A DNA stretch of 64,000 bases, taken from an uncultured Bacteroidales bacterium (lineage in GTDB: Bacteria; Bacteroidota; Bacteroidia; Bacteroidales; UBA4417). Below, one piece after another: positions 19,222 to 30,173 of the stretch; position 1 is the stretch's first letter, and each line of letters starts with the position of its first letter. The notes under the pieces were generated by a model. The model saw nothing but the letters and a program-made list of their open reading frames with translations, made no database searches and was not told the DNA's origin. Position numbers and translations under genes: made by a program. The stretch is from assembly GCA_903822525.1 (NCBI GenBank), contig CAIJPI010000180.1:46371-110370 (forward strand), written 5' to 3'.

Positions 19222-19794
19222 ATGGGAAACAACTGGAAAATATATACTAAAACCGGGGATAAGGGAGAAACATCGCTTATTGGTGGTACGCGGGTACCTA
19301 AATATCACGAGCGGATTGAAGCCTACGGGACACTCGATGAGCTCAATTCATTTATTGGACACCTTCGTGACCAACTCACCGATAGTCATTTGCGTGAAAT
19401 ATTACTACGCGTTCAGATAAACCTGTTTACAGCAGAGTCGTTGCTTGCTGCGGATCTCGAAAAAAATATTGACCGGAAACTTCCGATCCTTTCAGAAAGG
19501 GATGTTCTTGAGTTGGAAAATGAAATTGATCAAATGACTGATCATCTTCCTGAGTTAAATTCATTTATTCTGCCGGGTGGTTCCCCGCTGGTATCGTTAT
19601 GCCATGTGTGCCGGACAGTTTGTCGCCGGAGTGAACGAATCATCATTAAGTTAGCAGTGGATCTTGCAGTAGATGAAATCCTCATCAAGTATATTAACAG
19701 GTTGTCGGATTATCTTTTTGTTCTTGCACGGGAGATTGCTTTTAGCAATAATATTCCTGATTTACCTTGGAAACCTGACGTTTCAGGGGTATAA
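19222..19794 (+). CDS. ATP:cob(I)alamin adenosyltransferase, PduO type
   Basis: IYTKTGDKGETSLIGGTRVPK...RIEAYGTLDELNSFIG and the C-terminal YINRLSDYLFVLAR. Confidence 0.88.
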   Translation: MGNNWKIYTKTGDKGETSLIGGTRVPKYHERIEAYGTLDELNSFIGHLRDQLTDSHLREILLRVQINLFTAESLLAADLEKNIDRKLPILSERDVLELENEIDQMTDHLPELNSFILPGGSPLVSLCHVCRTVCRRSERIIIKLAVDLAVDEILIKYINRLSDYLFVLAREIAFSNNIPDLPWKPDVSGV

Positions 19795-19914
19795 TTTTTT
19801 CGGATTGGATGCGAATCTGATACGTTTCGAGGATGAAACTGATGGTGAAACATCTTATTTTTAATAAGTTATTCACAAAATCACCAAGAGTATTGATTTT
19901 GATTTCGAATAGAT

Positions 19915-19922
19915 TATTTTTG
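19915..19922 (+). promoter_or_regulatory. Candidate -7 promoter box (TATTTTTG)
   Basis: Exact TAnnTTTG match 29 nt upstream of the ATG at 19951. Confidence 0.4.
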
Positions 19923-19950
19923 CAAAAAATTTAACCCTAATTTTCGACAA

Positions 19951-20172
19951 ATGTACTGGACGTTAGAATTAGCCTCAAAACTCGAAGATGCCCCTTGGCC
20001 GGCTACAAAAGAAGAGCTTCAGGACTACTGTGTTCGCTCAGGAGCTCCTATGGAAGTAGTTGAAAACCTCCAGGAACTGGAAGACGAAGGCGAGATATAC
20101 GAAAGTATCGAAGATCTTTGGCCAGACTATCCTTCGAAAGAGGATTTCTTCTTTCATGAAGATGAATATTAA
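19951..20172 (+). CDS. DUF2795-like small acidic protein
   Basis: 73 aa. The pattern APWPATKEELQDYCVRSGAPMEVVENLQEL fits my recollection of DUF2795. A hairpin follows the gene. Confidence 0.6.
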   Translation: MYWTLELASKLEDAPWPATKEELQDYCVRSGAPMEVVENLQELEDEGEIYESIEDLWPDYPSKEDFFFHEDEY

Positions 20173-20180
20173 CTAATATC

Positions 20181-20214
20181 AATCGGGGCTCTGGCAAAAC
20201 CAGCGTCCCGATTT
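20181..20214 (+). terminator. Possible terminator hairpin after the DUF2795 gene
   Basis: AATCGGGGCTCTGG-caaaa-CCAGCGTCCCGATT is an imperfect stem and the T-tail is weak (TTTG). Confidence 0.4.
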
Positions 20215-20513
20215 GCATTACAGCAATATTTTTTTTGAATTCATTAAACTTAAAAATAAAGGTTTCTTAAAACTTCCTAATACAATTGACCGGATTAGTG
20301 AACAGAGTTTACCCGGAATGCTATTCAACTCTGATATGCTTTAAATAAGGAACACTAAGTTTGATAGTACTTTCCGCAAATACACTACTCAATTATTTAT
20401 ACTGACACTTTGTCGCTAAGTAAAAGGTTTTTACCTTTTAGTATGGTATTTGCTATTGGCTTTTCGGTATTTCATTCTGATGGGTTTATTGATTGCCTTT
20501 TGTTGGAATACAT

Positions 20514-20521
20514 TATCTTTG
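20514..20521 (+). promoter_or_regulatory. Candidate -7 promoter box (TATCTTTG) for secA
   Basis: Exact TAnnTTTG match 46 nt upstream of the ATG at 20567. Confidence 0.4.
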
Positions 20522-20566
20522 CATGTTTGATTGAACAAATTTACGTTCGCCTAACTTCTCCATAAA

Positions 20567-23500
20567 ATGCTTAATTCATTTCTGAAAATGATTTCGGGCG
20601 GTACAAAATCCGACCGTGATATAAAAAACATAATGCCGTTGGTTGAAAAGGCCAAGGCAGAATTCGAAAAAGTACAGTCACTTGATAATGATGGTCTTCG
20701 GTCGATGACCACTTCTTTCAGGCAAAAGATTGCTGATGCTGTTAAAGCTGAGCGTGATGAGATTGATACCATTAAAGCAAGAATTGATTCTGATTTTGAT
20801 ATAGACATTGAAGAGAAAGAGGAACTTTATAAAAGGATTGACTTTCTTGATAAAGAAGAATACCGTAAAACTCAGGATACCCTTATGGAGATTTTACCTG
20901 CTGCATTTGCAGTGGTGAAAGAAACCGGCCGTCGTTTTAAGGAAAACAAGGCATTGGGAGTTACCGCTACCCAGTTTGACCGCGACCAGGCAGCCCGCAA
21001 GGACAGTGTGAACATTATTGATGATAAAGCCTTTTGGGATAACACCTGGATGGCCGGTGGGAATATGGTTACCTGGGATATGGTGCATTATGATGTGCAG
21101 CTGATCGGAGGGATGGTGCTTCATTCAGGTAAAATATCGGAAATGGGTACCGGTGAAGGGAAAACCCTTGTGGCTACTCTGCCTATTTACCTTAACGCTC
21201 TTCCTGGCAAAGGTGTGCATGTGGTTACTGTTAATGACTACCTGGCTAAACGTGACTCGGAATGGATGGGAGTGCTGTTTGAATTTCATGGTTTGAAGGT
21301 TGATTGTATTGACCGCCATGAGCCAAATTCGAACGAGCGCCGTCAGGCATATCTGGCTGATGTAACTTATGGTACCAATAACGAATTTGGTTTTGACTAC
21401 CTTCGTGACAATATGGCGCGTAACCCGGATGAACTGGTTCAGCGCCCTCATAATTATGCTATTGTTGATGAGGTTGACTCCGTGCTGATTGATGATGCAC
21501 GTACTCCGCTTATCATTTCCGGGCCAACCCCCCGTGGTGAAAACCAGGAATTTGAAGCCTTGAAGCCTGAAATCTCGAGGTTATATAATGAACAGCGAAA
21601 CCTCGTTACCAAATTACTTTCAGAAGCTAAAAGCTTGCTGGTTCAGGGGGATGATGGTAAGATGCCTTCAGATAATGAAAAGCGTGGTGGTGAGGCTCTG
21701 CTTCGTTCGTTCCGCGGATTACCTAAAAACAAAGCGCTGATCAAATTCCTAAGCGAACCGGGCATAAAAGCTATACTGCTTAAGACTGAAAATTTCTACA
21801 TGCAGGAGCAGTCGAAGAACATGCACATTATGGATGATGAGCTGTTTTTCGTAATCGACGAAAAAAATAATTCGATTGAGCTGACGGATAAAGGTATTGA
21901 TTTGATAACCAAATCATATGATGATCCTAAGTTTTATATACTGCCCGATGTAGGAGCTGAAATAGCCGAAATGGAGCGTCGCCAGCTGACAGATAAGGAT
22001 AAACTTGACCAAAAAGCAGAACTTCTACGTGATTATTCAGTAAAATCGGAACGCATTCATACAGTAAACCAGTTACTCAAAGCATACGCCTTGTTTGAAA
22101 TAGATGTGGAGTATGTTGTGATGGATAATAAGGTTAAAATCGTTGATGAGCAAACAGGCCGTATTCTTGAAGGCCGTCGCTACAGTGACGGTTTGCACCA
22201 GGCTATCGAAGCAAAGGAAAATGTTAAAATTGAGGCAGCAACGCAGACATATGCAACGGTAACCTTGCAGAATTATTTCCGTATGTACCGGAAACTTGCC
22301 GGTATGACCGGTACTGCCGAAACGGAAGCAGGTGAGTTCTGGGATATCTATAAATTGGATGTGGTGGTTATTCCAACCAACCGCCCTGTGGTACGTGCCG
22401 ATAATGAAGATCTTGTTTACAAAACCAAACGCGAAAAGTTCAATGCTGTTATAGCAGAGATTAAATTACTTATTGAAAAAGGCCGCCCGGTTCTGGTTGG
22501 TACAACTTCAGTTGAAATCTCCGAATTGTTGAGCCGAATGCTTACGCGCGACCGAATCCCCCATAATGTACTGAATGCAAAGTTGCATCAGCGTGAGGCG
22601 CAGATTGTTGCTGAAGCCGGTTTAGCTCGCACTGTTACTATTGCAACCAACATGGCAGGTCGTGGTACTGACATCAAATTAGGGCCAGGTGTTAAGGAAG
22701 CAGGTGGATTAGCTATTATCGGTACCGAAAGACATGAGTCGCGACGTGTTGACAGGCAGTTGCGCGGTCGTGCCGGACGCCAGGGAGACCCGGGAAGTTC
22801 GCAGTTCTTCGTTTCGCTCGAAGATGACCTGATGCGTATGTTCGGATCGGAAAGTATTGCAGGAATTATGGACCGTCTTGGGCTTAAGGAAGGCGAAGTT
22901 ATTCAGCATCGGATGATCACCAAGAGTATAGAACGGGCGCAAAAGAAGGTGGAAGAAAACAACTTCGGTATACGTAAACGCTTACTCGAGTACGATGATG
23001 TAATGAATGCCCAAAGAGAAGTTATATACGGTAAAAGGCGTCAGGCATTATATGGCGAGCGCCTGGCACTGGATATCTCCAATATGATTTATGATCTTTG
23101 CGATAATTATGTTACCGATTTCCAGGATAACGGCGATTATGAAGGATTTACTCTTGAGCTGCTGACTACATTTGCAGCCGAGTGTCCTTTTGATGAAAAA
23201 GAATTTAGTTCGGGTAATAAGACAAAACTTACTGACGAGCTTTTCCATCATATTTATCAAAACTACCACACTAAGTCGAAGCGGATTGCTGAATTATCAT
23301 TTCCGATTATCAAAGATGTTTATGAAAACCATCCTCACTACCTGTTTATCGCCATTCCGATTACAGATGGAATAAAATCGATGCAGGTGGCAGCTAACCT
23401 GAAGAGAGCATACAGCGACAAAGGAATGGAAGTATCGCTGGCAATAGAAAAAGGCATTACCCTTGGAGTAATTGACGATGCATGGAAGGAACACCTTCGT

Positions 23501-23872
23501 GAAATGGATGAGCTTCGCCAGAGTGTTCAATCTGCCAGTTACGAGCAGAAAGATCCGTTGCTTATTTATAAGTTGGAGTCGTTCGGTCTTTTTAAGAACA
23601 TGCTGCAGAAAGTAAACAAGGATATTATAGGATTCCTCTCGCGTGCTAACCTTCCTGCTCAGAATGCTGACCAGGTAAAAGAAGTGCATCAGCCACAGCG
23701 CACCGACAACAGCCGTTTGCGTGAGAACAGAAATGACATCCTTAATCAGCGCACCAGTGAGCCTACCGTCACGGCTCCAGTTAAAGTGGAGAAGAAGGTA
23801 GGCCGTAATGATCCTTGTCCCTGTGGAAGCGGGAAAAAATACAAAGCATGTCACGGAAAGGAAGAGGTTTAA
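20567..23872 (+). CDS. secA: Preprotein translocase ATPase SecA
   Basis: 1101 aa. Contains [33 protein letters not shown] and [13 protein letters not shown], plus the C-terminal zinc motif [14 protein letters not shown]. Confidence 0.97.
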   Translation: MLNSFLKMISGGTKSDRDIKNIMPLVEKAKAEFEKVQSLDNDGLRSMTTSFRQKIADAVKAERDEIDTIKARIDSDFDIDIEEKEELYKRIDFLDKEEYRKTQDTLMEILPAAFAVVKETGRRFKENKALGVTATQFDRDQAARKDSVNIIDDKAFWDNTWMAGGNMVTWDMVHYDVQLIGGMVLHSGKISEMGTGEGKTLVATLPIYLNALPGKGVHVVTVNDYLAKRDSEWMGVLFEFHGLKVDCIDRHEPNSNERRQAYLADVTYGTNNEFGFDYLRDNMARNPDELVQRPHNYAIVDEVDSVLIDDARTPLIISGPTPRGENQEFEALKPEISRLYNEQRNLVTKLLSEAKSLLVQGDDGKMPSDNEKRGGEALLRSFRGLPKNKALIKFLSEPGIKAILLKTENFYMQEQSKNMHIMDDELFFVIDEKNNSIELTDKGIDLITKSYDDPKFYILPDVGAEIAEMERRQLTDKDKLDQKAELLRDYSVKSERIHTVNQLLKAYALFEIDVEYVVMDNKVKIVDEQTGRILEGRRYSDGLHQAIEAKENVKIEAATQTYATVTLQNYFRMYRKLAGMTGTAETEAGEFWDIYKLDVVVIPTNRPVVRADNEDLVYKTKREKFNAVIAEIKLLIEKGRPVLVGTTSVEISELLSRMLTRDRIPHNVLNAKLHQREAQIVAEAGLARTVTIATNMAGRGTDIKLGPGVKEAGGLAIIGTERHESRRVDRQLRGRAGRQGDPGSSQFFVSLEDDLMRMFGSESIAGIMDRLGLKEGEVIQHRMITKSIERAQKKVEENNFGIRKRLLEYDDVMNAQREVIYGKRRQALYGERLALDISNMIYDLCDNYVTDFQDNGDYEGFTLELLTTFAAECPFDEKEFSSGNKTKLTDELFHHIYQNYHTKSKRIAELSFPIIKDVYENHPHYLFIAIPITDGIKSMQVAANLKRAYSDKGMEVSLAIEKGITLGVIDDAWKEHLREMDELRQSVQSASYEQKDPLLIYKLESFGLFKNMLQKVNKDIIGFLSRANLPAQNADQVKEVHQPQRTDNSRLRENRNDILNQRTSEPTVTAPVKVEKKVGRNDPCPCGSGKKYKACHGKEEV

Positions 23873-23925
23873 ACTAATTCCGGCCCATGTTTATTATCGT
23901 GGTCTTATAAACGCTAACCTATATC

Positions 23926-24633
23926 ATGAAATACAAACGCATCTTACTCAAACTTAGTGGTGAATCGCTGGCAGGCAGTTCAGGACAGGGCTTTGATACC
24001 TCAATGCTTGCCTTATATGCCAACGAAATCAAAATGGCTGTTGACCTTGGAACACAGGTGGCTGTGGTACTTGGCGGTGGAAATATTTTCCGGGGGCTCA
24101 AAGGCAACAACATAGGTACTGACCGTGTGCAGGGCGATTATATGGGCATGCTTGCAACGGTTATCAATAGCCTTGCCCTGCAATCAGCCTTACAGAGTGT
24201 TGGCGTAAAGTCGAAAGTGCTCTCCGGGCTGGCAGTGGATCCCATTGCTGAGCGGGTCAGCGGACCAAAGGCAATAAGTAAACTTGAGAAAGGTGAAGTA
24301 GTAATACTTGCCGGTGGAACCGGAAATCCTTTTTTTACCACGGATTCAGCCGCCGCTCTCAGAGCTATTGAAATTCATTCCGATGTTTTACTCAAAGGAA
24401 CCCGGGTGGATGGTGTATATTCTGCTGATCCTGAAAAAGACCCGGCAGCGACCAGATTCAGTTCGCTGACTTTTACAGAAGCATACAATAAAGGGCTGAA
24501 TATTATGGATATGACTGCTTTTACCTTATGCAGTGAGAATAAAATGCCAGTAATAGTCTTTGATGTACACAAAGCCGGGAACCTGAAGAAGATACTGAAT
24601 GGGGATAATTGCGGAACACTTATTTGCGAGTAG
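23926..24633 (+). CDS. pyrH: UMP kinase
   Basis: YKRILLKLSGESL, VVLGGGNIFRG, GTGNPFFTTDSAAALRA. Confidence 0.95.
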   Translation: MKYKRILLKLSGESLAGSSGQGFDTSMLALYANEIKMAVDLGTQVAVVLGGGNIFRGLKGNNIGTDRVQGDYMGMLATVINSLALQSALQSVGVKSKVLSGLAVDPIAERVSGPKAISKLEKGEVVILAGGTGNPFFTTDSAAALRAIEIHSDVLLKGTRVDGVYSADPEKDPAATRFSSLTFTEAYNKGLNIMDMTAFTLCSENKMPVIVFDVHKAGNLKKILNGDNCGTLICE

Positions 24634-24635
24634 AA

Positions 24636-24667
24636 GGGATTAGGGGTTGGGATTTAGGGATTAGGGT
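24636..24667 (+). other. G-quadruplex-forming, TTAGGG-like G-tract cluster
   Basis: GGGATTAGGGGTTGGGATTTAGGGATTAGGG has five G3-4 tracts separated by 2-5 nt loops and sits immediately after the pyrH stop codon. Confidence 0.6.
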
Positions 24668-24838
24668 TGAGAAGTATACCGTATTTTTTGTGAGCTGGAT
24701 TAAAAGGCTTAATGGGTTTCACAGGGGAATAATTTCAAGCCAAGTGAAGACTACTCTAATATCTTAATACTTAAATCCTAAAATCACCTTTTTATTTTAC
24801 TTTTTCGCCTAATACAACAGATATTTCGCTGCATTTTA

Positions 24839-24846
24839 TAAATTTG
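24839..24846 (+). promoter_or_regulatory. Candidate -7 promoter box (TAAATTTG) for frr
   Basis: Exact TAnnTTTG match 20 nt upstream of the ATG at 24866. Confidence 0.45.
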
Positions 24847-24865
24847 CATCACAAAATGAATAACC

Positions 24866-25429
24866 ATGACTGAAGAAGCTAAATTTATCGTTGAAGAGAT
24901 TAAAGAAAGCATGCAACATGCACTTAATCATCTTGAGAAGGAATTTCATAAATTCCGCACCAGCAAGGCAAGTCCACAAATGCTCGAAGGCGTGAAAGTG
25001 GATTATTACGGAAATCCAACTTCTATTGATAAGATAGCTAATATTAATACGCCTGATGCCCGCACTATTGTAGTGCAGCCATGGGAAAAAAATATGCTTC
25101 ATGCGCTTGCAAAAGCCATTACAGATGCCAACCTTGGCTTCAATCCACAGAATAACGGTGAGTTTTTACGTATTTCGGTTCCTCCGCTTACTGAAGAACG
25201 CCGCCGGGACCTGGTAAAAAAGGCTAAAGCTGAAGCCGAAGCGGCTAAGGTTGCAATCCGCAATATGCGGCGTACGGCTGTTGAAGAGGCTAAGAAACTT
25301 GAAAAAGACGGAGCTTCGGAAGATGATACTAAAGTGCTCGAAAAAGAAATTCAGCATATAACGGATTCCTATATTGTTCATGTTGAAAAAATACTTGAAC
25401 ATAAAGAGAAGGATGTTATGACGGTCTAA
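24866..25429 (+). CDS. frr: Ribosome recycling factor
   Basis: 187 aa. Contains RTSKASPQMLEGVKVDYYG, PLTEERRRDLVK and the position after pyrH that is typical for frr. Confidence 0.95.
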   Translation: MTEEAKFIVEEIKESMQHALNHLEKEFHKFRTSKASPQMLEGVKVDYYGNPTSIDKIANINTPDARTIVVQPWEKNMLHALAKAITDANLGFNPQNNGEFLRISVPPLTEERRRDLVKKAKAEAEAAKVAIRNMRRTAVEEAKKLEKDGASEDDTKVLEKEIQHITDSYIVHVEKILEHKEKDVMTV

Positions 25430-25452
25430 TCCAGATACCTGGTTTAAAAAAT

Positions 25453-25478
25453 AGCGGCTTTATGGCCGCTTTTTTTTT
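25453..25478 (+). terminator. Rho-independent terminator after frr
   Basis: AGCGGC-tttatg-GCCGCT followed by TTTTTTTT. Confidence 0.75.
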
Positions 25479-25531
25479 GCTACAATTTTATTCCGGATTT
25501 ACAGAACGAAAGCATTCACAAGGTTTTGTTG

Positions 25532-26926
25532 TTATTCAGGAATTTTCCTGTTAAAATTTTTTGCGGCATTTTCATCGAATTCCCCTTCCCAGCGGGCAAC
25601 AACAGCGGTAGCCAGGCAATTGCCGACAACATTCACGGCTGTACGAGCCATATCCATTAGCTCATCTATTCCTAGAATTATGAAAATGGGCCAGGTTGGA
25701 AGTCCAAAACTGGCAGCTGTGCCCAGTAATATTACCAGCGAAGCTCGTGGCACACCGGCTACCCCTTTGCTGGTGAGCATCAGCGTGAAAACGATCAGTA
25801 ACTGACGGTCAAAGGATAATTCGATACCAGCCACCTGTGCAACGAAAATGGTTGCCAGCGAGAGGTATAATGTGGTTCCGTCGAGGTTAAAGCTATAGCC
25901 GGTCGGCATAACGAAAGCTACGATTTTACGGGGAACTCCGAATTTTTCCATAGTCTCCATGGCAATAGGCAACGCCGACTCAGAACTGGTGGTAGCGAAA
26001 GCGATGGTGGCAGGCTCAGAGACAGCGCGGATAAAATTCCTGACAGGGATTTTCATAAACAGTGCTACAGGTAAAAAAACTACCAGTAAAAGAACTATCA
26101 GAGCTATATAAAGTGTAAATAATAGCTGGATAAGATTTCCCAGAATACTGAGCCCCATATGCCCAACAGAATATGCGATAGCGGCGAAAACCGCCACAGG
26201 TGCCATGTACATAACCAGGTTGGTAAATTTGAACATGGTTTCGGAAAGACTTTCAGCAAAGTGTACCATTCGGTTACGGTGCTGATCCTTGAGCATGGCT
26301 ACCGCTATTCCGAAAATAATACTAAAGACCACAATCTGAAGCACTTGTCCTTCATATATTGCTTTGGCAATGTTTTCGGGGAAGATATGGAGAATGATTT
26401 CTTCGAAGGTCTGGCCTTTTACTACCGGGATTCCGGTTTGGTTTATTGCAGCCGGAATAACAACACCCACGCCTGCTTTGCTGATATTTATAGCTAATAA
26501 GCCTATGAACAAAGCAATAGTCGATACCACTTCAAAATAAATGATAGATTTCCAGCCCATACGTCCCACCTGTTTCAGGCTGGAATGGCCGGCTATGCCG
26601 ACTACCAGTGTTGCAAAAAGCAGGGGTGCGATAATGGTCTTCACCATATTCAGAAATATTTTACTGAACAGGTTAAGGTGTATGGCAACGGAAGGCATGT
26701 CGTGGCCAAACTCTGCCCCCAGTACCATGCTTATTAAAATCCAGGTAGTCAGCGATTTTTTCAGGATGGCATATCCTACAAGCAAGGCCATGGAAGCCCA
26801 GCGGCTTACCAGGAGGATAGACGAAGGTACATCCCAAAAGGAATAACCCTGACCAAGGTTTAGTGCCAGCGTAGCAGTGATGAAAAGAAAAAGCAGAATA
26901 TGATATTTGCGTTGTGTTAGTTTCAT
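25532..26926 (-). CDS. Dicarboxylate/amino acid:cation symporter (DAACS family)
   Basis: 464 aa polytopic membrane protein. Family-typical segments are TSSESALPIAME, TGYSFNLDGTTLY and DMARTAVNVVGNC. Confidence 0.88.
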   Translation of the reverse strand: MKLTQRKYHILLFLFITATLALNLGQGYSFWDVPSSILLVSRWASMALLVGYAILKKSLTTWILISMVLGAEFGHDMPSVAIHLNLFSKIFLNMVKTIIAPLLFATLVVGIAGHSSLKQVGRMGWKSIIYFEVVSTIALFIGLLAINISKAGVGVVIPAAINQTGIPVVKGQTFEEIILHIFPENIAKAIYEGQVLQIVVFSIIFGIAVAMLKDQHRNRMVHFAESLSETMFKFTNLVMYMAPVAVFAAIAYSVGHMGLSILGNLIQLLFTLYIALIVLLLVVFLPVALFMKIPVRNFIRAVSEPATIAFATTSSESALPIAMETMEKFGVPRKIVAFVMPTGYSFNLDGTTLYLSLATIFVAQVAGIELSFDRQLLIVFTLMLTSKGVAGVPRASLVILLGTAASFGLPTWPIFIILGIDELMDMARTAVNVVGNCLATAVVARWEGEFDENAAKNFNRKIPE

Positions 26927-27013
26927 CAGGTTACCGCTTGAGCAAACAGGGTTATATCAATTTTCATACTGTAATGTTCGTTAGGGACAGATTTATTTGC
27001 TTAAAATGTTTGA

Positions 27014-27529
27014 TCAGCAAAAAGTCGCAACGTCCTGCAATGGTTTACGCATAATAACAGTTCTTTTGGTATAGGTTTCGCGTGGATACCCTAAGGGTGT
27101 AATGCCATATACTTTTACCGATTCTTTCAATCCCAGAGCACTCCGCAGGATATCAGCATTAAAGTTGGTAACCCAGCACGATCCTACTCCTTCGTTAGTG
27201 GCAGCCAGAATCATCTGGTGCATGGAAATTGCCAGGTCGGTTTGCAGTGAATTGTACCCATCGGCACGTTCCCAGGCATGATCGAGATCGCCAGTAACAA
27301 CCAGAATGTGAGGTGCATCGGTGATCCATTGCCTGGAGTAGCATGGTTTTACTTTCTCAAGCATTTCTTTGCTGGAGATGAGCCAGAATTCCCAGGGCTG
27401 GTAGTTGGATGCGGAAGGCGCAATTCTTCCAGCTTCAAGTATTCGGTTCAGTGTATCCATATCAACCGGTCTTTCGGGATTATAGTTACGGATGCTTTCG
27501 CGTTTTAATATGACTTCGTTAAATTCCAT
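27014..27529 (-). CDS. Nitroreductase-family protein
   Basis: RESIRNY...APSASNYQPWEFWLI and the C-terminal ITPLGYP. Confidence 0.85.
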   Translation of the reverse strand: MEFNEVILKRESIRNYNPERPVDMDTLNRILEAGRIAPSASNYQPWEFWLISSKEMLEKVKPCYSRQWITDAPHILVVTGDLDHAWERADGYNSLQTDLAISMHQMILAATNEGVGSCWVTNFNADILRSALGLKESVKVYGITPLGYPRETYTKRTVIMRKPLQDVATFC

Positions 27530-27734
27530 TGTTCAGCCGTTTTTCTTCAAAAATACAATTTTTTCGAAAGGTGAGCGATCAAAAAGTTGAAGAAATACAA
27601 TTCCGTATACTAAACCAATTCCGTTTAAAGAAATGCAAGCCGAAAACAAGATGACAATATCAGAATCGTTTCCCGATATCCAGTTCTGGTATTTTTGATA
27701 AATCTGAAAGCCGAATAAAAATTTAAATACAGAA

Positions 27735-30014
27735 CTACTTTTTTGGTTTTGCACCCATTTCAAATTCTAAGGTTCCGCCTTTCATAATATCATCATGATT
27801 TATGATGAATTTAGCATAGGGCAAACCATTCAGGATAATTTTATGAATGTACATATTCTTTTCACTCAGATTTTTAGCCGTTATAGTAAACTGTTTTCCA
27901 TTTTCAAGGTTAAGGGTAGCTTTTTCAACCGAAGGCGTTCCTATTACATATTCACCGGTTCCGGGGCAAACCGGGTAAAATCCAAGAGAACTGAAGATAT
28001 ACCAGGCCGACATTTGTCCGCAGTCATCATTTCCGCACAGGCCATCGGTAGTGTTGTGGTACATAGTATTTATGATCTGGTGGATTCGTTCCTGTGTTTT
28101 CGATGGGGCTCCTGCAAATACATACAGATAAGGGACATGATGGCTGGGCTCGTTTCCGTGCACATAATTACCGATAAGTCCGGCGGCGGTGATATCCTCT
28201 GATTCAGCAAAGTGCTTTTCGTCGAGTGCTATGTTAAATAACGAATCCAGGTGAGAGATGAACTTCTTGTTTCCTCCATTCATGGCGATCAGTTTTAAAG
28301 GGTCCTGAGGCACGTAAAAGGAGTAATTCCATGCGTTGCCTTCAATAAATCCTTGTTTTTCGGTACTCAGCGGATCAAATGGTGACATAAACATGCCATC
28401 GCTGCGCTTGGCACGCATAAAGCCAGTGCTACTATCAAATACGAGGTTATATGCCTGGGCTCTTTTTTCATATTCGCCGGCGATATCATTTTTGCCCATT
28501 TTTTTTGCCATCAGACTGATGCAGAAGTCATCGTAAGCATATTCAAGAGTTTTGGATGCTGAATTCGACGATTTGTCAGACGGTACATAGCCGTATTTCA
28601 GGTAATCGCCAATACCATCGTTTGGAGCATAGGTTGCGCTCGAAATACAGGCATTAAGCGCTTGCTGAGGATCAAATCCTGTTATCCCTTTTATATATGC
28701 ATCAGCAATTACCGAAACGGCATGGTATCCAATCATACACCAGTTTTCGTTGGCATAATGGCTCCAAACAGGCAGAATATGGTGCACACTTTGCTGCTGA
28801 TGTGCCAGCATGGAATTTATCATATCTGAAGTTCGCTTCTGCTGCACCAATGTGAATAAGGGGTGAAGCGCCCGGTATGTATCCCACAGGGAAAAAGTAG
28901 TATGGTTATTAAATCCTTCAGCATGGTGATTGTTGTGGTCGAGGCCATGGTACATGCCATCAACATCCATAAACAGGGTAGGAGAAAGGAAAGCATGATA
29001 CATGGCAGTGTAGAAAATGGTTTTCTTTTCATCGGAAGCTTCGATTGTAATCCTGCTTAACTCTGTATTCCATGCTTTTTCTGCCTGGCGGTGAACCTGA
29101 TCAAAATCCCGATGCGGTATTTCTGTTTGTAAGTTTTTTAGAGCTCCTTCGGTGCTTACCGATGACAAGGCGAATTTTATCAGGATCTGCTCTCCTGCTT
29201 TTGTTGTGAAGCTGAAATAGGTTCTGAGTTTGCGCCCCGACATTTCAGGGAAGTTTGCTGTGGTATTAAATTTCCTGTAAAAATCATTGTAAATGACTTT
29301 CCCATCATCGCGGCAGCCATAATTACGGATAGGTTTGGAGAAAACCATGGCAAAATACATGGTGCGCTCGCGGGCCCAACCCTGAGTTTGCCTGTAACCT
29401 GTTACTAAGGTATCGTTTTCGACCCTGACTGAACTCCATACTACTTTGCCATCGTAATTGTAAATGCCTGAAATTAAATCAAGAATGATGTTAGACTGAG
29501 CACTTTCGGGGAAAGTGTACCTGTGAAATCCAACCCTTGCGGTGGCGGTAAGTTCGGCTTTGATATTATCATCACTGAGTATAACTGAATAATATCCTGC
29601 TGATGCTTTTTCTGTATCATGCGAAAACCGGCTACGGTATCCGGATTCAGGATTTTGTGCTGTTCCGGGATTTAGCTGAAGGTTACCTGTTGTGGGCATA
29701 ATCAGGAAGTCGCCCAAATCGCTGTGACCGGTACCCGAAAAATGGGTGTGGCTGAAACCGACAATGGTTTTATCCGAATACTGGTATCCGGCGCAATACC
29801 GGTATACATCTTTTATATATCCCTTACCGATCGAATACTGAATAGTATCGGTTTCAGGACTCAGTTGTACCATTCCAAAAGGAACTGTTGCTCCGGGATA
29901 GGTATGCCCCATTTCGTTAGTGCCAATAAAAGGATTTACATACGATGCAGGTGACTGTGCCTGTATGGTGTAGATTCCCAGAAACAGTAGGATAAGAAGG
30001 CGGTATTTTCTCAT
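27735..30014 (-). CDS. GH92-family alpha-mannosidase, secreted
   Basis: 759 aa with a signal peptide. Begins YVNPFIGTN..GHTYPGATVPFGMVQLSP, followed by GFSHTHFSGTG, WDTYRALHPL and GNEPSHHVPYLY. Confidence 0.9.
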   Translation of the reverse strand: MRKYRLLILLFLGIYTIQAQSPASYVNPFIGTNEMGHTYPGATVPFGMVQLSPETDTIQYSIGKGYIKDVYRYCAGYQYSDKTIVGFSHTHFSGTGHSDLGDFLIMPTTGNLQLNPGTAQNPESGYRSRFSHDTEKASAGYYSVILSDDNIKAELTATARVGFHRYTFPESAQSNIILDLISGIYNYDGKVVWSSVRVENDTLVTGYRQTQGWARERTMYFAMVFSKPIRNYGCRDDGKVIYNDFYRKFNTTANFPEMSGRKLRTYFSFTTKAGEQILIKFALSSVSTEGALKNLQTEIPHRDFDQVHRQAEKAWNTELSRITIEASDEKKTIFYTAMYHAFLSPTLFMDVDGMYHGLDHNNHHAEGFNNHTTFSLWDTYRALHPLFTLVQQKRTSDMINSMLAHQQQSVHHILPVWSHYANENWCMIGYHAVSVIADAYIKGITGFDPQQALNACISSATYAPNDGIGDYLKYGYVPSDKSSNSASKTLEYAYDDFCISLMAKKMGKNDIAGEYEKRAQAYNLVFDSSTGFMRAKRSDGMFMSPFDPLSTEKQGFIEGNAWNYSFYVPQDPLKLIAMNGGNKKFISHLDSLFNIALDEKHFAESEDITAAGLIGNYVHGNEPSHHVPYLYVFAGAPSKTQERIHQIINTMYHNTTDGLCGNDDCGQMSAWYIFSSLGFYPVCPGTGEYVIGTPSVEKATLNLENGKQFTITAKNLSEKNMYIHKIILNGLPYAKFIINHDDIMKGGTLEFEMGAKPKK

Positions 30015-30165
30015 AAGAACATTATTTGACAGGCGGCTAAGATAATAAATGAAACAAGTGACGTCTTCATTATTTTGGTAAATAATCCCAACTATGAGCT
30101 AAAATCCGTAATGAAGACTTTTTACTAAAAACTCCTTTTTTTGATAAAGCAATTACAAAAATCTA

Positions 30166-30173
30166 TACCTTTG
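30166..30173 (+). promoter_or_regulatory. Candidate -7 promoter box (TACCTTTG) for metK, with an upstream TTTG at 30140-30143
   Basis: Exact TAnnTTTG match 128 nt upstream of the metK ATG. This implies a leader of roughly 120 nt. Confidence 0.4.

Noticed and set aside
23297-23854. Long ORFs antisense to confidently called genes: 23297..23854 in secA, 46039..46608 in the PAS gene, 42138..42632 in degT, 54361..54837 in GH3, 35971..36429 in hutU, and 13287..14100 in the coiled-coil gene
   Set aside because: Each lies fully inside a gene that has strong motif support on the other strand. Their translations are low-complexity (Ser/Leu/Phe/Cys-rich) with no motifs, which is typical of antisense-frame artefacts.
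27533-27763. 76-aa ORF filling the spacer between the nitroreductase gene and GH92
   Set aside because: Its only ATG overlaps the GH92 C-terminus by 29 nt. No domain or homologue is recognisable, and the composition is that of an AT-rich spacer. It does have one hydrophobic stretch, so a small membrane protein cannot be excluded, but the support is too weak to call.
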